Of a stretch of 38,969 bases of DNA, positions 12,601 to 23,928 are shown one piece after another. The DNA comes from Moniliella sp. 'wahieum' (Eukaryota), in the NCBI GenBank assembly GCA_003971905.1, contig RSEE01000101.1, positions 186,001-224,969 on the forward strand. The letters are read 5' to 3'. The notes under the pieces were generated by a model, which had not been told where the DNA came from, did no database searches, and saw only the letters and a program-made list of their open reading frames with translations. The position numbers and the translations under genes are program-made. The first letter of the stretch is position 1. The number at the start of each line of letters is the position of its first letter.

Positions 12601-12877
12601 GGACCGGATCCCACGCGGACTGCAGTGGCTCCAGCACCTGTCCTTCTTCCATGCGGCGTACGAGGCGCTGATCGTCAACGAGCTGCGCAAGCTGACGCTC
12701 AAGGAGCACAAGTACGGGATCGACATTGACGTGCCGGCGGCATCGATCATCTCGAGCTTTGGGTTCGATGCGCAGGCGTTCTGGTGGCCCGACGTGGGCA
12801 CACTGCTGCTGCAGTTTGCCGCGTGGACCGCACTGAGCCTGGTGTGGCTCGTGCTGTTTGTCAAGGAGCGCAAGTAG
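9613..12877 (+). CDS. ADP1: ADP1-like ABCG half-transporter with N-terminal Cys-rich EGF-like domain; frameshifted, one intron
   Basis: Signal peptide [23 protein letters not shown]; Cys-rich [17 protein letters not shown]...[32 protein letters not shown]; one TM helix; Walker [10 protein letters not shown]; signature [35 protein letters not shown]2 membrane domain [17 protein letters not shown]...[11 protein letters not shown]...LIVNEL. Confidence 0.93.
10226..10329 (+). other. Spliceosomal intron in ADP1 (104 nt)
   Basis: CAG|GTACGT donor, CTGAC branch (~10284) and pyrimidine tract ending in TAG. Splicing gives [15 protein letters not shown]. Confidence 0.88.
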
Positions 12878-13230
12878 GCCTGGCGGCAATATTGTGGCGA
12901 TCACCTTTCAAATTTTACTCAGACGCAGTACAGAGTGCTCATGGGGGTGTCGATGGGGGGCGTAGATGTTGAGTCGCAGCGGTCAAGCCAGTGGGTGACG
13001 CGTGACGTGCCCGTAGCCTCTGCGAGCAGTCAGTGGGCGACCAGTGATGCCCACCCAAGCAATGCAACCCACCAGCATCCCCCATCCGCACCTCCTGCCC
13101 ACGCCCCAGCAACTGCCTCTTGCAGCAACACCACACCCGCCACCACCACACCACCACCACCACCACCGCCCCATCCCCACCGTCCCCACCCCCATCCCAA
13201 CCCCAGCCCACCACCTTCCCCCCCGCGGTG

Positions 13231-16200
13231 ATGGCCGTCCGAGCCTCGGCCAAGTCCCCCTCGGGCAAGAAGGCCAAGCGCGGCACCATTGCCTCCGCCC
13301 CGGCCCCGCCCCGACCCCTGCCTCTGCCTCTGCCCTGCCCCTGCCCCTGCCTCTGTCCCCACCCCCACCTCCACCTCCACCTCCACCGACGCCGCCCAGA
13401 ACGTTGTCGTCTGCGTCCGCGTGCGCCCGGCACCGACCCCCACCCCGTCTGCTGGCACCTCGACCAGTCTACCAACCTCATCCGCGCCACCGACGCCCAC
13501 CCCGCCATCTCCCGCCGCGGCGCCTCGTCCAACGATGCCGACGACGGCACCCTCCAGGCCAACCCTGAGCTTTATACCTTCCGCTTCGACACGCTCTGCA
13601 CCCCCGACATGACCAGCCAGGACCTGTACGCTACCAACATCGCTCCCATTGTGCGCGCCGCCGCCGACGGGTTCAACGCCACCGTCTTTGCCTATGGCCA
13701 AACTGGCAGCGGAAAGACACACACCATGTCTGGCTCCCCCGACGAGATGGGCGTCATTCCGCGCGCCGTCGAGGAATCTTTGACCAGATCGAAAGCGTAC
13801 GTCTCCCCCGTTTCTTTCTCCTTGGTGCGAAGTATTGACACGACGCAGGACACGAGAGGGAATATCTGTTGCGCGTCTCGTACCTCGAAATCTACAATGA
13901 GACCTTGAAGGATCTGTTAGCGGCTTGCCTAGCAAGGAACCTGCTGCGCCCGTCGCCCCTCCCGCTGCCGCACGCAAAAGCGTGGCCCCGCGTCCGTCGT
14001 CTCCCACCAAGGGGGGATACACCCCTTCCCCTTCGTCCAACGCCATTCGCATCATTGAAGACCAGGCCAAAGGCCGCATTGTCCTCACCGGCATCCGTGA
14101 GGAGATCGTTACTTCCCCTAGTGATGTACTTCGTCTGCTGGAAGACGGTCAGCGGATGCGTCACGTAGGCGCGACCGACTGGAACGAACGGTCGTCTCGC
14201 TCCCATTGTGTGTTCCAAATTACCATCGAGTCCCGTGGCCGCACCTCGGAGGACACCGACCTGTCTTCTCAAGCCACTGCAGCCGAAACTCGCATCTCCC
14301 AGCTCAATCTGATTGATTTGGCCGGCAGCGAGCGGGCGGCGAGCGAAAGACACGGAGGAAAGAAGGTGCTTTTGTACGTTGCCTTCCCCCCCCCCTCCCC
14401 ATACCCTCTCCCCCATGTTTCGTTTCCCCCCCCCCCTGCTGACACCAAGAGATGCAGATCAACAAATCTCTTTTGACATTGGGCACTGTCATTTCCAAGC
14501 TCGGTGAAGCCGAAGACAATTCGGACGTGCACATTCCCTACCGCGACTCAAAGTTGACCCGGTTGCTCCAAACCAGCTTGAGCGGCAACGCCCGCGTCGC
14601 TGTCATCTGCACCGTCTCACCCGACGAACGACACGCGACCGAGTCCCTGTCGACGCTCAAGTTTGGCCGGCGCTGCAGCCTGGTGCGCACATCGGCCCAA
14701 AGGCGGCGTCGTCATGGACGACCGTGCGCTCATGCTCAAGTACCGTGCTGAGCTGGCCACCTTACGTTCCCAACTAGCCCAGGGCGAAGGATCTCACGCC
14801 CCGCTTACCGCCACCTCAGCCGACGCCGACCCAGAAATGGCCACAATGCAAGCCAAACGGGACGAACTGCGTTCCCAAATCACCCACCTCACCACCCTCT
14901 TTCTTACCCAATCGGTCGCTGCTGAACGTGCCTTGCCCCCCGCCAGTCCCGTTCGGGTCCGACGGGGTCGCCTCACCGATTTCCCGCCCGCCGCGAGAGA
15001 CAAGCTTCGTCCCACGCACCAAGCGGACGTATTGCCTCGGAGCGCGAACTGGCCAAGTTGCGTCGCGCGTTGGACGCAGCGACGGCCCAAGTAGACCAGG
15101 CTGAGGCGGCGAAAGCAAGTGCGAAAGCGGCTGAAGCAGCTACGCTCCAACGGCTCCTGGACGCCGAACAACGCGACCCACGCACAGGAGCAACTGCGCC
15201 AAGCCCAGGAACAAGCTGCCAGCCCCAAGGACGAGGCTGAGAGAGACTCTTGGCAGAGGCTAAGGAGCAAGCGGCTGCATCCCTTTTGCAAGCGCAGCAA
15301 GATGCGCGCACGGCGTTGGACCTCGCGCAGCAGCAGGCCGATGAAGCCCAGGCCCAGGCTAGACAAGAAGGGGAGGAGGAACGCGTGCGGCAAGCCAAGC
15401 TCGAGGCGCGGAGGAAACAGGAGGTGTGTTGCGCGCTACCCAACAGGCCCAGGAGCGCATCGACGCGGTGGACCAAACTTCGAGTGCTGCCGTGCTGGCT
15501 CGGCAAGAGGCCGATAAGGCTCGGACCAGGCCAAAGAAGAGGCCCAAACCTCGCTCCAGCTCGCTCGAGACGAAGCGGAACGGCGCTGGCAGCGGCGAAA
15601 CAAGATGCGCAACAAGCCTTGTGCCTTGCCCAGGAGGAGGCACAGCAGAAGCTCGAACAATGTCAGAAGGACGCGGCGACAACCTGGAGCAACGCCCAGG
15701 CCGAGGCAGACAAGGCTCTGGCGCCACGCCAGGAGGAACTGGTCGCGGTCCAGGCCAAGCTGGCCGATTGCATGCAGGAGGCCACTGCCGCAGCGGCGCG
15801 CGAGCAAGAGGCCAAAAAGGAACTGGCTTCGCTTACTGAGGAAGCTGCTACGCTGCATTCCGACGCGCAAGCCCTCCGTGCCGAATTGGCCCAGGCCCAG
15901 GACAAGCTCCTCCAAGCCGAAAGCGCGGTGGCCCAAGCGCAGAAAGAGACGCAAGACCTGCGGCGTGAGCAGGAGCGTGTCGGAACGGAGCAGGAGGCAA
16001 CAGAGGAGCGCACTCTCGCTCTGACCACCCAGCTGGAAGAAGCTAATGCTGCTCTCCAGGCGGCGCAGGAGGAAGCCGAGGAGGCTCGGAACGATGCGTC
16101 GCGTCTCACCGAGTTGGCCATGAGCGCCCACGAGGCGCTCAAGGCCGAACGGCAGAGCAACGAGGAAGCCAACCAATTTGCCGCCAAGGAACAGGAACGG

Positions 16201-17544
16201 ATCCTCAACTTGGCGCTGCAGGCGCGCGAGGAGGCGGACAAGCAGAAAGACCAGGCTCTTGCTGGGCTCGAGGCGGTGCGCGCCGAGGCGCAGCAAGCGC
16301 AGCATGCGCAGGCTCTCGCTGAGCAGGCTCTCTCCCAAGCCCTCGACGAACACACCAAGACCCAGCACCAACTTGCCGAGACGAAGAAAATGCAAGAAGA
16401 AATGCAGCGCTTGGTCAACTCGGTCGTGATGGAACTGAACCAATTGCGTCCTCAGGCCTACTGCCGCCGAGAGGGAGGCGACCGAAGCCCAGGCGGGCCG
16501 TTTGACGGAGGCCTTGGCCCAGTTGGAGCAGGACCGCCTGGAGCGGCAACAGCTCCAGGACCGCCTTGCCCAGAGCCAGAAGGATCAGATCGAAGGTGCC
16601 GCCGAGCTGGATCGGGCGCGTGGCGAGGCGGATCAGCTTTTGGCCCAAGTGGCTTCTCTCCAAAGCCAGCTTGCGCAGCTGGAGCAAGACAAGGGCCAAG
16701 GCACCCCAGCGGCAGCGGAGCAGCAGCTCACCCTGGCACTGCAAGCGAGCAAGGACGAGTGCGCTACACTTGCTGCCCGTGTCAAGGAGCTGGAGCGACT
16801 TCTTTCTCTCCGCCGACAAGAGCCGGCGCCCGAGATGACGATCGCATTGAGCGATGCGCACATCCAAGTGGACAGCTTGACATGCACCGTGTCGGAGCAA
16901 CAGGTGGTCATCTCCCAGCTCGAAGGGGCGGTGGAGAGGTGGAAGGGCAAGCTCAAGACCCAGCACGATCTCATCCTCCGCCTCCTCTCAGCCTCGGCGG
17001 GGGGCGAAGCAGCCACGCTGGATGCGATTAGACAGGTGCTTGAGCCCACACCCTCAATGGACAGTGTGGCGCTTCCTTCCGTGCCCCAGACACCTACCAA
17101 GTCCGCTCGGACCGACAGCGGGGTCAAAGTGCCTTCGATCGAGACCCCTTCCCGGTCTGTGTCTACGACGCCTGCACCTACCTCGTCGCGGCGGCCAGTG
17201 CACTGGCTCTACACCCAGCCCGAACCGCTTCCGCTGCACCCCAACAGCGAGGCCGGCAAGAAGATCCGGCCACGCAAGACGATTGAGCAAGACTTGGCTC
17301 GGCTGCGCTCCAGTCCGCATGTGGGCGGGAAGAGGGAAGTCTTTGTGCGGGAACGACACCAAATACTAAGCCGAGCGTCTCGCCGCCTGCCTCGTCGCAA
17401 CGTGCTAACACTAGCTTCTCCCTCCCGCGCAGCGTATCGCCGACCAGCGCACGCGCAAGTACCACCAAGACCCCGTCGCGCCTGCCGGGCTTTTCGACGG
17501 AAAACTCCCCGTCACCCTCGCCGCTTGCCGGGCGGCGTCGCTAA
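13231..17544 (+). CDS. Kinesin-7 (Kip2/CENP-E-like) motor with long coiled-coil tail; frameshifted, two introns, ends approximate
   Basis: NVVVCVRVRP, FNATVFAYGQTGSGKTHTM, VSYLEIYNE, GATDWNERSSRSH, LIDLAGSE, RKEGAF|INKSLLTLGTVISKL and HIPYRDSKLTRLLQTSLSGNA are typical of kinesin-7. An A/E/Q-rich coiled-coil region spans ~14730-17000. Confidence 0.9.
13797..13848 (+). other. Kinesin intron 1 (52 nt)
   Basis: GTACGT donor, ATTGAC branch-like site and CAG acceptor between VIPRAVEE and EYLLRVSYLEIYNE. Confidence 0.78.
14374..14457 (+). other. Kinesin intron 2 (84 nt)
   Basis: GTACGT donor, GCTGAC branch and CAG acceptor. Removal restores EGAF|INKSL. Confidence 0.9.
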
Positions 17545-18355
17545 GCGCAAGGTCTCAGCTGAGCGCGAAGTGTTAGCCACTCCCGCCCTGCTCGTCCGCG
17601 CGGCTCCGGTACCCCTAACCCCTCGAAAAGGCCCTATCGCCCCCACCCACTTTTTGCTTCGACGTTACGACCTCCACTATTTCACTCTGATCGCTTTTTG
17701 TTTATCCGATTTTTTGCTGCTCTTGTGTGCATTTCCAATGGCCATCCATCCATTCATCCCCATCTGCCCATCTGTCCATCTGTCCATCGGTCCATCCACC
17801 TGCTGTGTGTACTACATCCATTCCATAGTCTTTGCGCTCTGATTCTCGACGTGCCACGGTTGATGAATCATGAAGGTTGAAGCAGGCCCAGTAGAAGGAT
17901 GGATGGTCACCAACCATCAGAAGAAAGGATGGGTCGGAAGCGCCACAAGCCACGCACCCAGTAAGGCAGGCGATGTGCAAGACGGTAGCCAAGCCAAACG
18001 CAGTGACGCGTGACGCCCAAGGAGGAGGCAGCGTGCCGGGCACGTGACACATCCATGGGCCTGATGGATGATCGTGAGCGATGATCGATCTGGTAATGCG
18101 GATGACCGGTGACCGGCGACCGGTGAGTCGCGTCTGGTTGCACCGAAGACGGGGAGGCTGGCAGCGCGGGGGCAGCGCGTCGGGCGCAGTCACGTGTGGG
18201 AGGGGGTATGGGCAGCACGGGGCGAGTGTGGGGGGCGGGCGTGCTGTGCTGGGCGTGGCACGCGCCCTGGGGGAGCAACAAGCCGTCGCACGTATGTGAG
18301 CGCGTGAGCCCCCCCACCACCACCACTTCTCGGCCACACGCTCCCCGCACCCGCC

Positions 18356-19240
18356 ATGCCGCCCAAGAGCAAGAGGCCGCGCGTGTCGCCGGCCCCGCCC
18401 CGGAGCTCAACGACCTCGTGCTCGCCCGCATGCCTGGGTACAGCCGCTGGCCCGCGCTCGTCACCAACTCGGCCCACGCGCCCCCCACATCCGCGCCGCG
18501 CTCGGCCACGCCAACCACGCGTACACCGTCCGCTTCATCCCGACAACGAGTACGGCTTGGTTGCCAAGACCCAGGTCTGGCCCTTGGACCGCGCCCAGAT
18601 CCAGGCCTTCCTCGCTGCCCCGCCCAAGAAGCCCCCGGCGCGTCTGCTGCTCGCGTACCAGCGCGCGCTCCAGTTCCTCGACGGCACCTTTGACCTCGAC
18701 GCGCCCGTGCAGAGTGAAACGGAGAGCGACGAGGAGGAGGAGGAAGAGGAGGAGGACGATGAAAAGGAGCAAGAGGACGAGGAAGTGGAAGCGGAAACAA
18801 CAGTGGCCCTCGACAAAAACTCTGTCAACGCACCAGCTACCTCCAGGGCCGGTAAGAAACGTAAGGCTTCCTCCCTCTCTGCTGCGCCCGACCTTTCCGT
18901 ATCACGCGACCCCTCGTCCTCCAGTGAGCACCCGGTGACCCCGGCCAAGGCGTGGCGCTTCAAGCTGCAACGGTCCTTCCTCGGTCCGGAATCCACCCCT
19001 GCGACAGAGGAAACGATGCAGCTGATCGATGCGGTGCTCAGTCAGATGGAGGATCTGATTGCGGATGTGCCCGCGGACCAATTGACCAGCAGCAAGATCA
19101 TCAAAGTCCTCAAGAAAGTTCGCTCCCGTATGGCAGCTAACCGGTCGGAACTGCGTCCCTTTGAGGCGCGGTACCACTTCTTCCCCCGGATCGAATACAT
19201 CCTCCGCGCTTGGATACCTCTTGTGTCGAGCCAAGAGTAA
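18356..19240 (+). CDS. PWWP-domain chromatin protein (fungal Pdp3/HDGF-like); frameshifted in the PWWP domain
   Basis: LNDLVLARMPGYSRWPALV, then YTVRFI-DNEY, then IQAFL...LLLAYQRAL, an acidic run, and a C-terminal helical domain (KAWRFKLQRSFL...QLTSSKIIKVLKKV) as seen in fungal PWWP proteins. Confidence 0.82.
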   Translation: MPPKSKRPRVSPAPPRSSTTSCSPACLGTAAGPRSSPTRPTRPPHPRRARPRQPRVHRPLHPDNEYGLVAKTQVWPLDRAQIQAFLAAPPKKPPARLLLAYQRALQFLDGTFDLDAPVQSETESDEEEEEEEEDDEKEQEDEEVEAETTVALDKNSVNAPATSRAGKKRKASSLSAAPDLSVSRDPSSSSEHPVTPAKAWRFKLQRSFLGPESTPATEETMQLIDAVLSQMEDLIADVPADQLTSSKIIKVLKKVRSRMAANRSELRPFEARYHFFPRIEYILRAWIPLVSSQE

Positions 19241-20583
19241 CCCGGCTTCTCCCCCTCCCCTACTCCCTGTCGTCTGTCTCGCTTCCGCATCGGGCGCTGA
19301 CCCGCGAGGCTGCTCGATCGATCCTTGATCTCATATCTGCCCCCCCCCACCTCTTCTCGACTTGATGCTTCCATTGCACTCTGCTGTAACGCCCCTCTTA
19401 GCTTAGGTTAGCAGGTACAACTTCTCATCCTCACCTCGTCCGCTTCTTTCTGATCGTATTTTCGTTCTTGATGCCACTGAGGCTTTCCTTGGGGCTTGCC
19501 ATGGTTCTGCTTCCGTCTCTTTGGTCTCGCCGCATGTGGTTGTCTGCTAGTATACTACTCTATACTCTCCTTTTTTGCTCCCCGTGGGGTTCGTCTCCCC
19601 CAGCCCGAGGGACTTGACCTATAAGAGTCTCTCTGACCGTAGTCTCCTCGGAATCGTTGGTGCTCAACGTCCCTGCTTCTTCGGAAAGCACGTGGCTGGA
19701 GTGGGTATAATACTAGGCATCTGCATCCGTGAAGGGAGCAGGGGCGGGACACGCGCTAGCTATACCGTACCGAGCGCCAGGCGCCGAAACGGAAGGAATG
19801 AGAAGAAACAGGAGGCGACGAACGGACTACTATACGATGCTTTGGGGTGCACAATGTAACTCATCGTGGTTACTTAGTAGGGCCAAGCCCACTGCCATAC
19901 CGCATTCTGCAACAGCCCAAGGGAAAGCCGAGGTCAAAAGAGGAGAACCAGAAGCCAGAGGGAGGAGACGGGAGGACCGTGCTAACCGTGGAACAACCTG
20001 CGAGAGGCAACCAAGACATCATGGCGCCCCTGTCGGCAGCTTGTAAGTTCTTCTGACGCACTTCAGGCTCATGGAAGAGGATTTGTTGATCTCGTTTCGC
20101 CTACTCTCAGCTATTGAGGACATCGGTCGGCCTTCCACGCGTAAGTATTCGTGCGCGCTTTCAATGCCATCGCATCCCACCCTTAGTGCTCCCCAATTTC
20201 ACCACATGTGCCCGTCCCCTCTACGGTGGGACCCAATCAGCCCGGGGGGGGGGACGGTGAACATGAGCTGGACTACTAGACTATACTAGTGCTAGCCAAG
20301 CACTACTTAGAAGATTGGGCTCATTTGCCCAACAGGTTGTTTTGTGGCGGGCTGCAGTGAGGGCTGCGTGACTAGCACACACCGCGCAAACCTGGGACGA
20401 TGGCATGCTTCGTGCTTCCATCGGGCCGTCCCTGGAACGGAATGGATTGACAGATTCGTGTCGTGGCACAAAAAGTATAGGTACTACCTTATTACAGTGT
20501 CTACATCTGCCCCTCCCCTGCCTTTACCACGCCAATCCCAATCGGGAAGATCACAAGCACATCTTTTCGCAAGCACTGCCCAG

Positions 20584-23500
20584 CTAGGCGAGCAACACCA
20601 GGTGGTGGATCTTGGTCCAGTCGGTGCGGCCATTGGTCATGACAAACATGGCATCGTCCGCGTCGAGGCCCTTGAGCGTGGCGCGCGTACCGCGCAGCTC
20701 GCCATTCATCACCAAGCACAAGTTGCCCACCTTCGGCCGTACGGGTTCCGCATGCGCATACCCGGCTTCCACCTCACCGCCCGAATCGAGCGAGATGGTG
20801 CACCGACTGGAAGCCTCGTTGACCGACGCTACCGTCGCCTGCTCCCCATCGTGCGCCACCAACGCCTCCACTTTCTCCCCCCCGCCTCCGCACGCACATA
20901 CACCCGCGACCCAGCCAGCGGCGCGTCCGGACCCGAATCCTCTTCCTGCGCAAGCTGCGCCGCCGTAGAAGGTGCCGTCCAGGGCGTCGGGCCGGGACCG
21001 GGCGTGTAGCCATCGTCCTCTAGCAACCCTGCGCCGGGCGTAGGCGCCGCAGCGGGCGTCGGGGCCGCACCGGGAGTTGGGGCCGCATAGGGCGTAGGTG
21101 CCATACCTGGCGTAGGCGCAGCAAAGGGAGTGGCCATGTCCGTCGTGTCGTACGGTGTAGGCGCCACATCCGAGTAGGCAGGCGTTCGCCCGCCCCTAGG
21201 CCGGCGTACGGCCCCCACCATACGCGGGCGTACGGCCCCCACCATACGCGGGCGTACGACCTCCGCCATACGCGGGCGTGCGGCCACCACCATAGGCAGG
21301 GGTACGGCCGCCTCCATACGCCGGTGTCTGCCCGCCGCCATACGCAGGCGTCTGCGCACCACCATACGCTGGGTCGCACCATACGCAGGCGTCCGGCCCC
21401 CACCAGCACCGTACGCAGGCGTACGCGTCCCTGCGCCATACGCTGGCGTCCGACCCCCCCGGCGCCATACGCGGGCGTCTTGCCCATTCCGTACGCGGGC
21501 GTCCGGGCGCCATAGGCAGGCGTCGCCCCGCCGTACCCAGGCGTTCGCGCCGGCACCCCCGGAAACAGGTGCTCCCGAGCCGTACCGCGGTGGGACTCCG
21601 CTGATTGGCATCCCCGATCCAGGCGGGCCCATAGGCGGACCCATCCCGCCCGGCGCGGGGCCAGGCATGTTGTGCAACAGACGGTACGACTGCCCCGTAT
21701 TGGGGTCCTTGCCAATCAAGTTGTCCAATTCGACCGTAAGCGTTTTGGCAGTGTTCTGCAGTTCGACACGCACCGAGTTGTTGGCCAGCGTTCGGTGATG
21801 ATGCCGCGATAGGTTTTGTACGGGCCGCGACGGATGGCCACGTGCTTGCCCCGGAGCGGGTCACGACCCCTGCCTGTAAAGTTGGCCACCTGCGGAGGGG
21901 GTGCAGCGGTCTGTCGCTGAGGGTTCATCTTGGTCAGATCTGGGCCGCGTTTTCCCGTGTAAAACCGGGGGGCAAGGTTCTTGGGACGCGCGATGAACAC
22001 CCCGCCGTTCTCGTTCACTTCACGGTTAAACAAAAGACGACAGCGCCGGAAAAGATGTGCAGCACCGTTCCGTGCCGCCGCTCTCCATCCACTTCCCGTA
22101 CCACATCGCCCTTGTTCAACTGTTCTCCCGTCGAGTCAATCGCCGTCGAGCGACCCGTGTCCCGCTTTCCCGCAATCTGCGTCGAGCGCACCGCACGCAC
22201 TTGTCCGGACGTGTCCAGCACCCGGAACTGAGCCGGTCAATCTGCACAATCACACCAGCTGTCGCCGCGTCCAGCTGAACCATCTCGTGCAACTCGTACC
22301 CGCCAATATTGTTCGCCGCACTGCCACGTCGGCGGCAGCACGAATGTCCTTGGCAAACACCCGGACCTCCACTTTGGTCAGGTCGGCAAGGAATGTCACC
22401 ACCCCGCTTGCCGCCCCGCTTTCCCCATCCTCCACCGCGGTCACCATACCCGTCTCGCCCGCATGCACACCAGCAATCACCTTGACCTGGTCACCTTCCC
22501 GGAACGCTTTGCGGGCCGCCGAGAGGGGCACCTCAACCGTTTGCCCGGCCAGCGTCTCGTCGTCCAGCGAAAGCTGCAGAACCGAACCCACAATCCCCGA
22601 TACGACACCACGGGCACCAGCCTGCTCTCCTTCCAACACCTGCACATGGTCCCCGGGATGGAAGAGGTCCTGTTGGGTGTCGTTGGAAGTGGCTTCCTTG
22701 AGTAAGCCGAGATTGACATTGTTCTTTTCCAGAGACTCGGTTGTCGTCTCGCCCATAAACTTGCTGATCTCATCCAACGTAGGATTCACACCATCCAGCA
22801 CCAACGCGTTCACCTTCAAGTCCTTCTCGCAGTACCCGCGAACATAGTCATCGTTCATAACGTGTACCGACCTTTGCCCTTGGGCACCGGAGGCCGGTGG
22901 CGGTACGCTTTGGCCACCTCTTCGTAGTTGAAGAACCGGGGCGGAGGGCGGAAGGCAAGTGCCGCGCCGCCATGCCAGAGCCGGATTGGGGTTCTTGCGG
23001 CGCTTGCGGCCGACATTGTCGAGGTACGTCCTTCCTCCCGTGGGTTGAGGTCGATGCGTGGCACAAACTTGACGCCTACCTCCTCGCCATTCTCGTATGC
23101 ATCCAGGACCTGGGCCAGGTCACCAGCGTAGCGCCCACGCTTAATGCGGACCCATGAACCGGTTTTGATCTCGCGCTGCTGCTTGGTGATTTTCAGCAGA
23201 TCGGCCATCTCCTCAATGGGAACCAAAAAGGCGTCGTTGTTGGCGTACACGCCCATCACGTCACTGAGCGAGGAGATGACATGGTCCAAGCGACGGCCTC
23301 GACAAAGATCCGACCCGGAAGCGAGTCGCGACAAAAGGCACTGATGATGCCCATGGACTGGCTGGCACTGGCTTGGAAGTACTTGAGCATGATCGTCATC
23401 ACAATGTTCTTTTCCCGGCCAATCTTGCAGCGTACGCTCCAAATGCTGGGATCGGCAACCGAGGGCATGAGCATGCGCTGCGGCACTTCGGTAAAGTCGC

Positions 23501-23928
23501 TCTCGGTCGGACGGGTGCGCGCATAGCGCGCCTTAACTCGGCTGCGATCTCTTCGGCCGACTTGTCGTCCTGCTGCCGACGCATCTGGTCCACCGGCGGT
23601 TGGCGCGGTCCGCATTGACAGCCTGCGCCTCCTCCTCGCCCACATCCTCCGCAATAAACCCGTCTGGAACAAAGTCAGAAGTCAGCCCCCGCATGCCATC
23701 GCTCCATGCCCTCCACCCACACCTTCCTGAACCAAATCGCATCTTCGTCGTCCAAGTCTTCGTCGTCGTCGTCGACGGCGGCTTCGTCTTCAATGTAGCG
23801 GTTGCGCGGACGCTTGGCAGGGCGCACATCCTCGTTTTCCTCTCGTCATCCTCCTCCTCTCCTCCTCGTCCTCCTCGACCGTCGTCGATGAAGGGGTGCT
23901 TGGTGCGGTAGCGCTCCTCGTCGGACAT
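20584..23928 (-). CDS. SPT5: Transcription elongation factor Spt5; frameshifted, one intron
   Basis: Acidic N-terminus; NGN domain ([20 protein letters not shown]...LPGRIFVEA...[11 protein letters not shown]); KOW motifs [55 protein letters not shown] and [24 protein letters not shown]-terminal repeats. Confidence 0.96.
21175..21545 (-). repeat. Spt5 CTR coding repeat, ~15 copies of (G)GG[R/Q/K]TPAY, core period 24 nt
   Basis: Tandem ccatacgcgggcgtacgg-type units on the plus strand translate to GGGRTPAY. Confidence 0.92.
23664..23722 (-). other. SPT5 intron (59 nt)
   Basis: AAG|GTGTGG donor, GCTGAC branch and CAG acceptor. Splicing gives QE|DGFIAED. Confidence 0.75.

Noticed and set aside
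15436..16443. Long Leu-rich minus-strand ORFs over the kinesin tail
   Set aside because: Antisense of GAG/CAG/GCC-rich coiled-coil codons.
17545..17842. Hydrophobic C-terminus of ORF 16502..17842
   Set aside because: It runs into CCAT-repeat 3'-UTR-like sequence and is probably a frameshift artefact.
19586..19600. T-arm-like hairpin GGGG-TTCGTCT-CCCC
   Set aside because: No D-arm, anticodon arm or acceptor stem, so it is not a tRNA.
19481..19974. Complementary blocks (ggctttcc/ggaaagcc, tggttct/agaacca, cttccgtctct/ggagacgggag) suggesting a structured RNA
   Set aside because: The partner blocks occur in parallel rather than nested order, and such matches are expected between pyrimidine-rich and purine-rich tracts. 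No RNase P/MRP, SRP or snRNA motifs are present.
20444..20456. GGATTGACAGATT, resembling an 18S rRNA segment
   Set aside because: Only 13 nt with no flanking similarity; chance.
21175..21545. Regular repeats superficially like a CRISPR array
   Set aside because: There are no unique spacers, and the repeats encode the Spt5 CTR in a eukaryotic gene.
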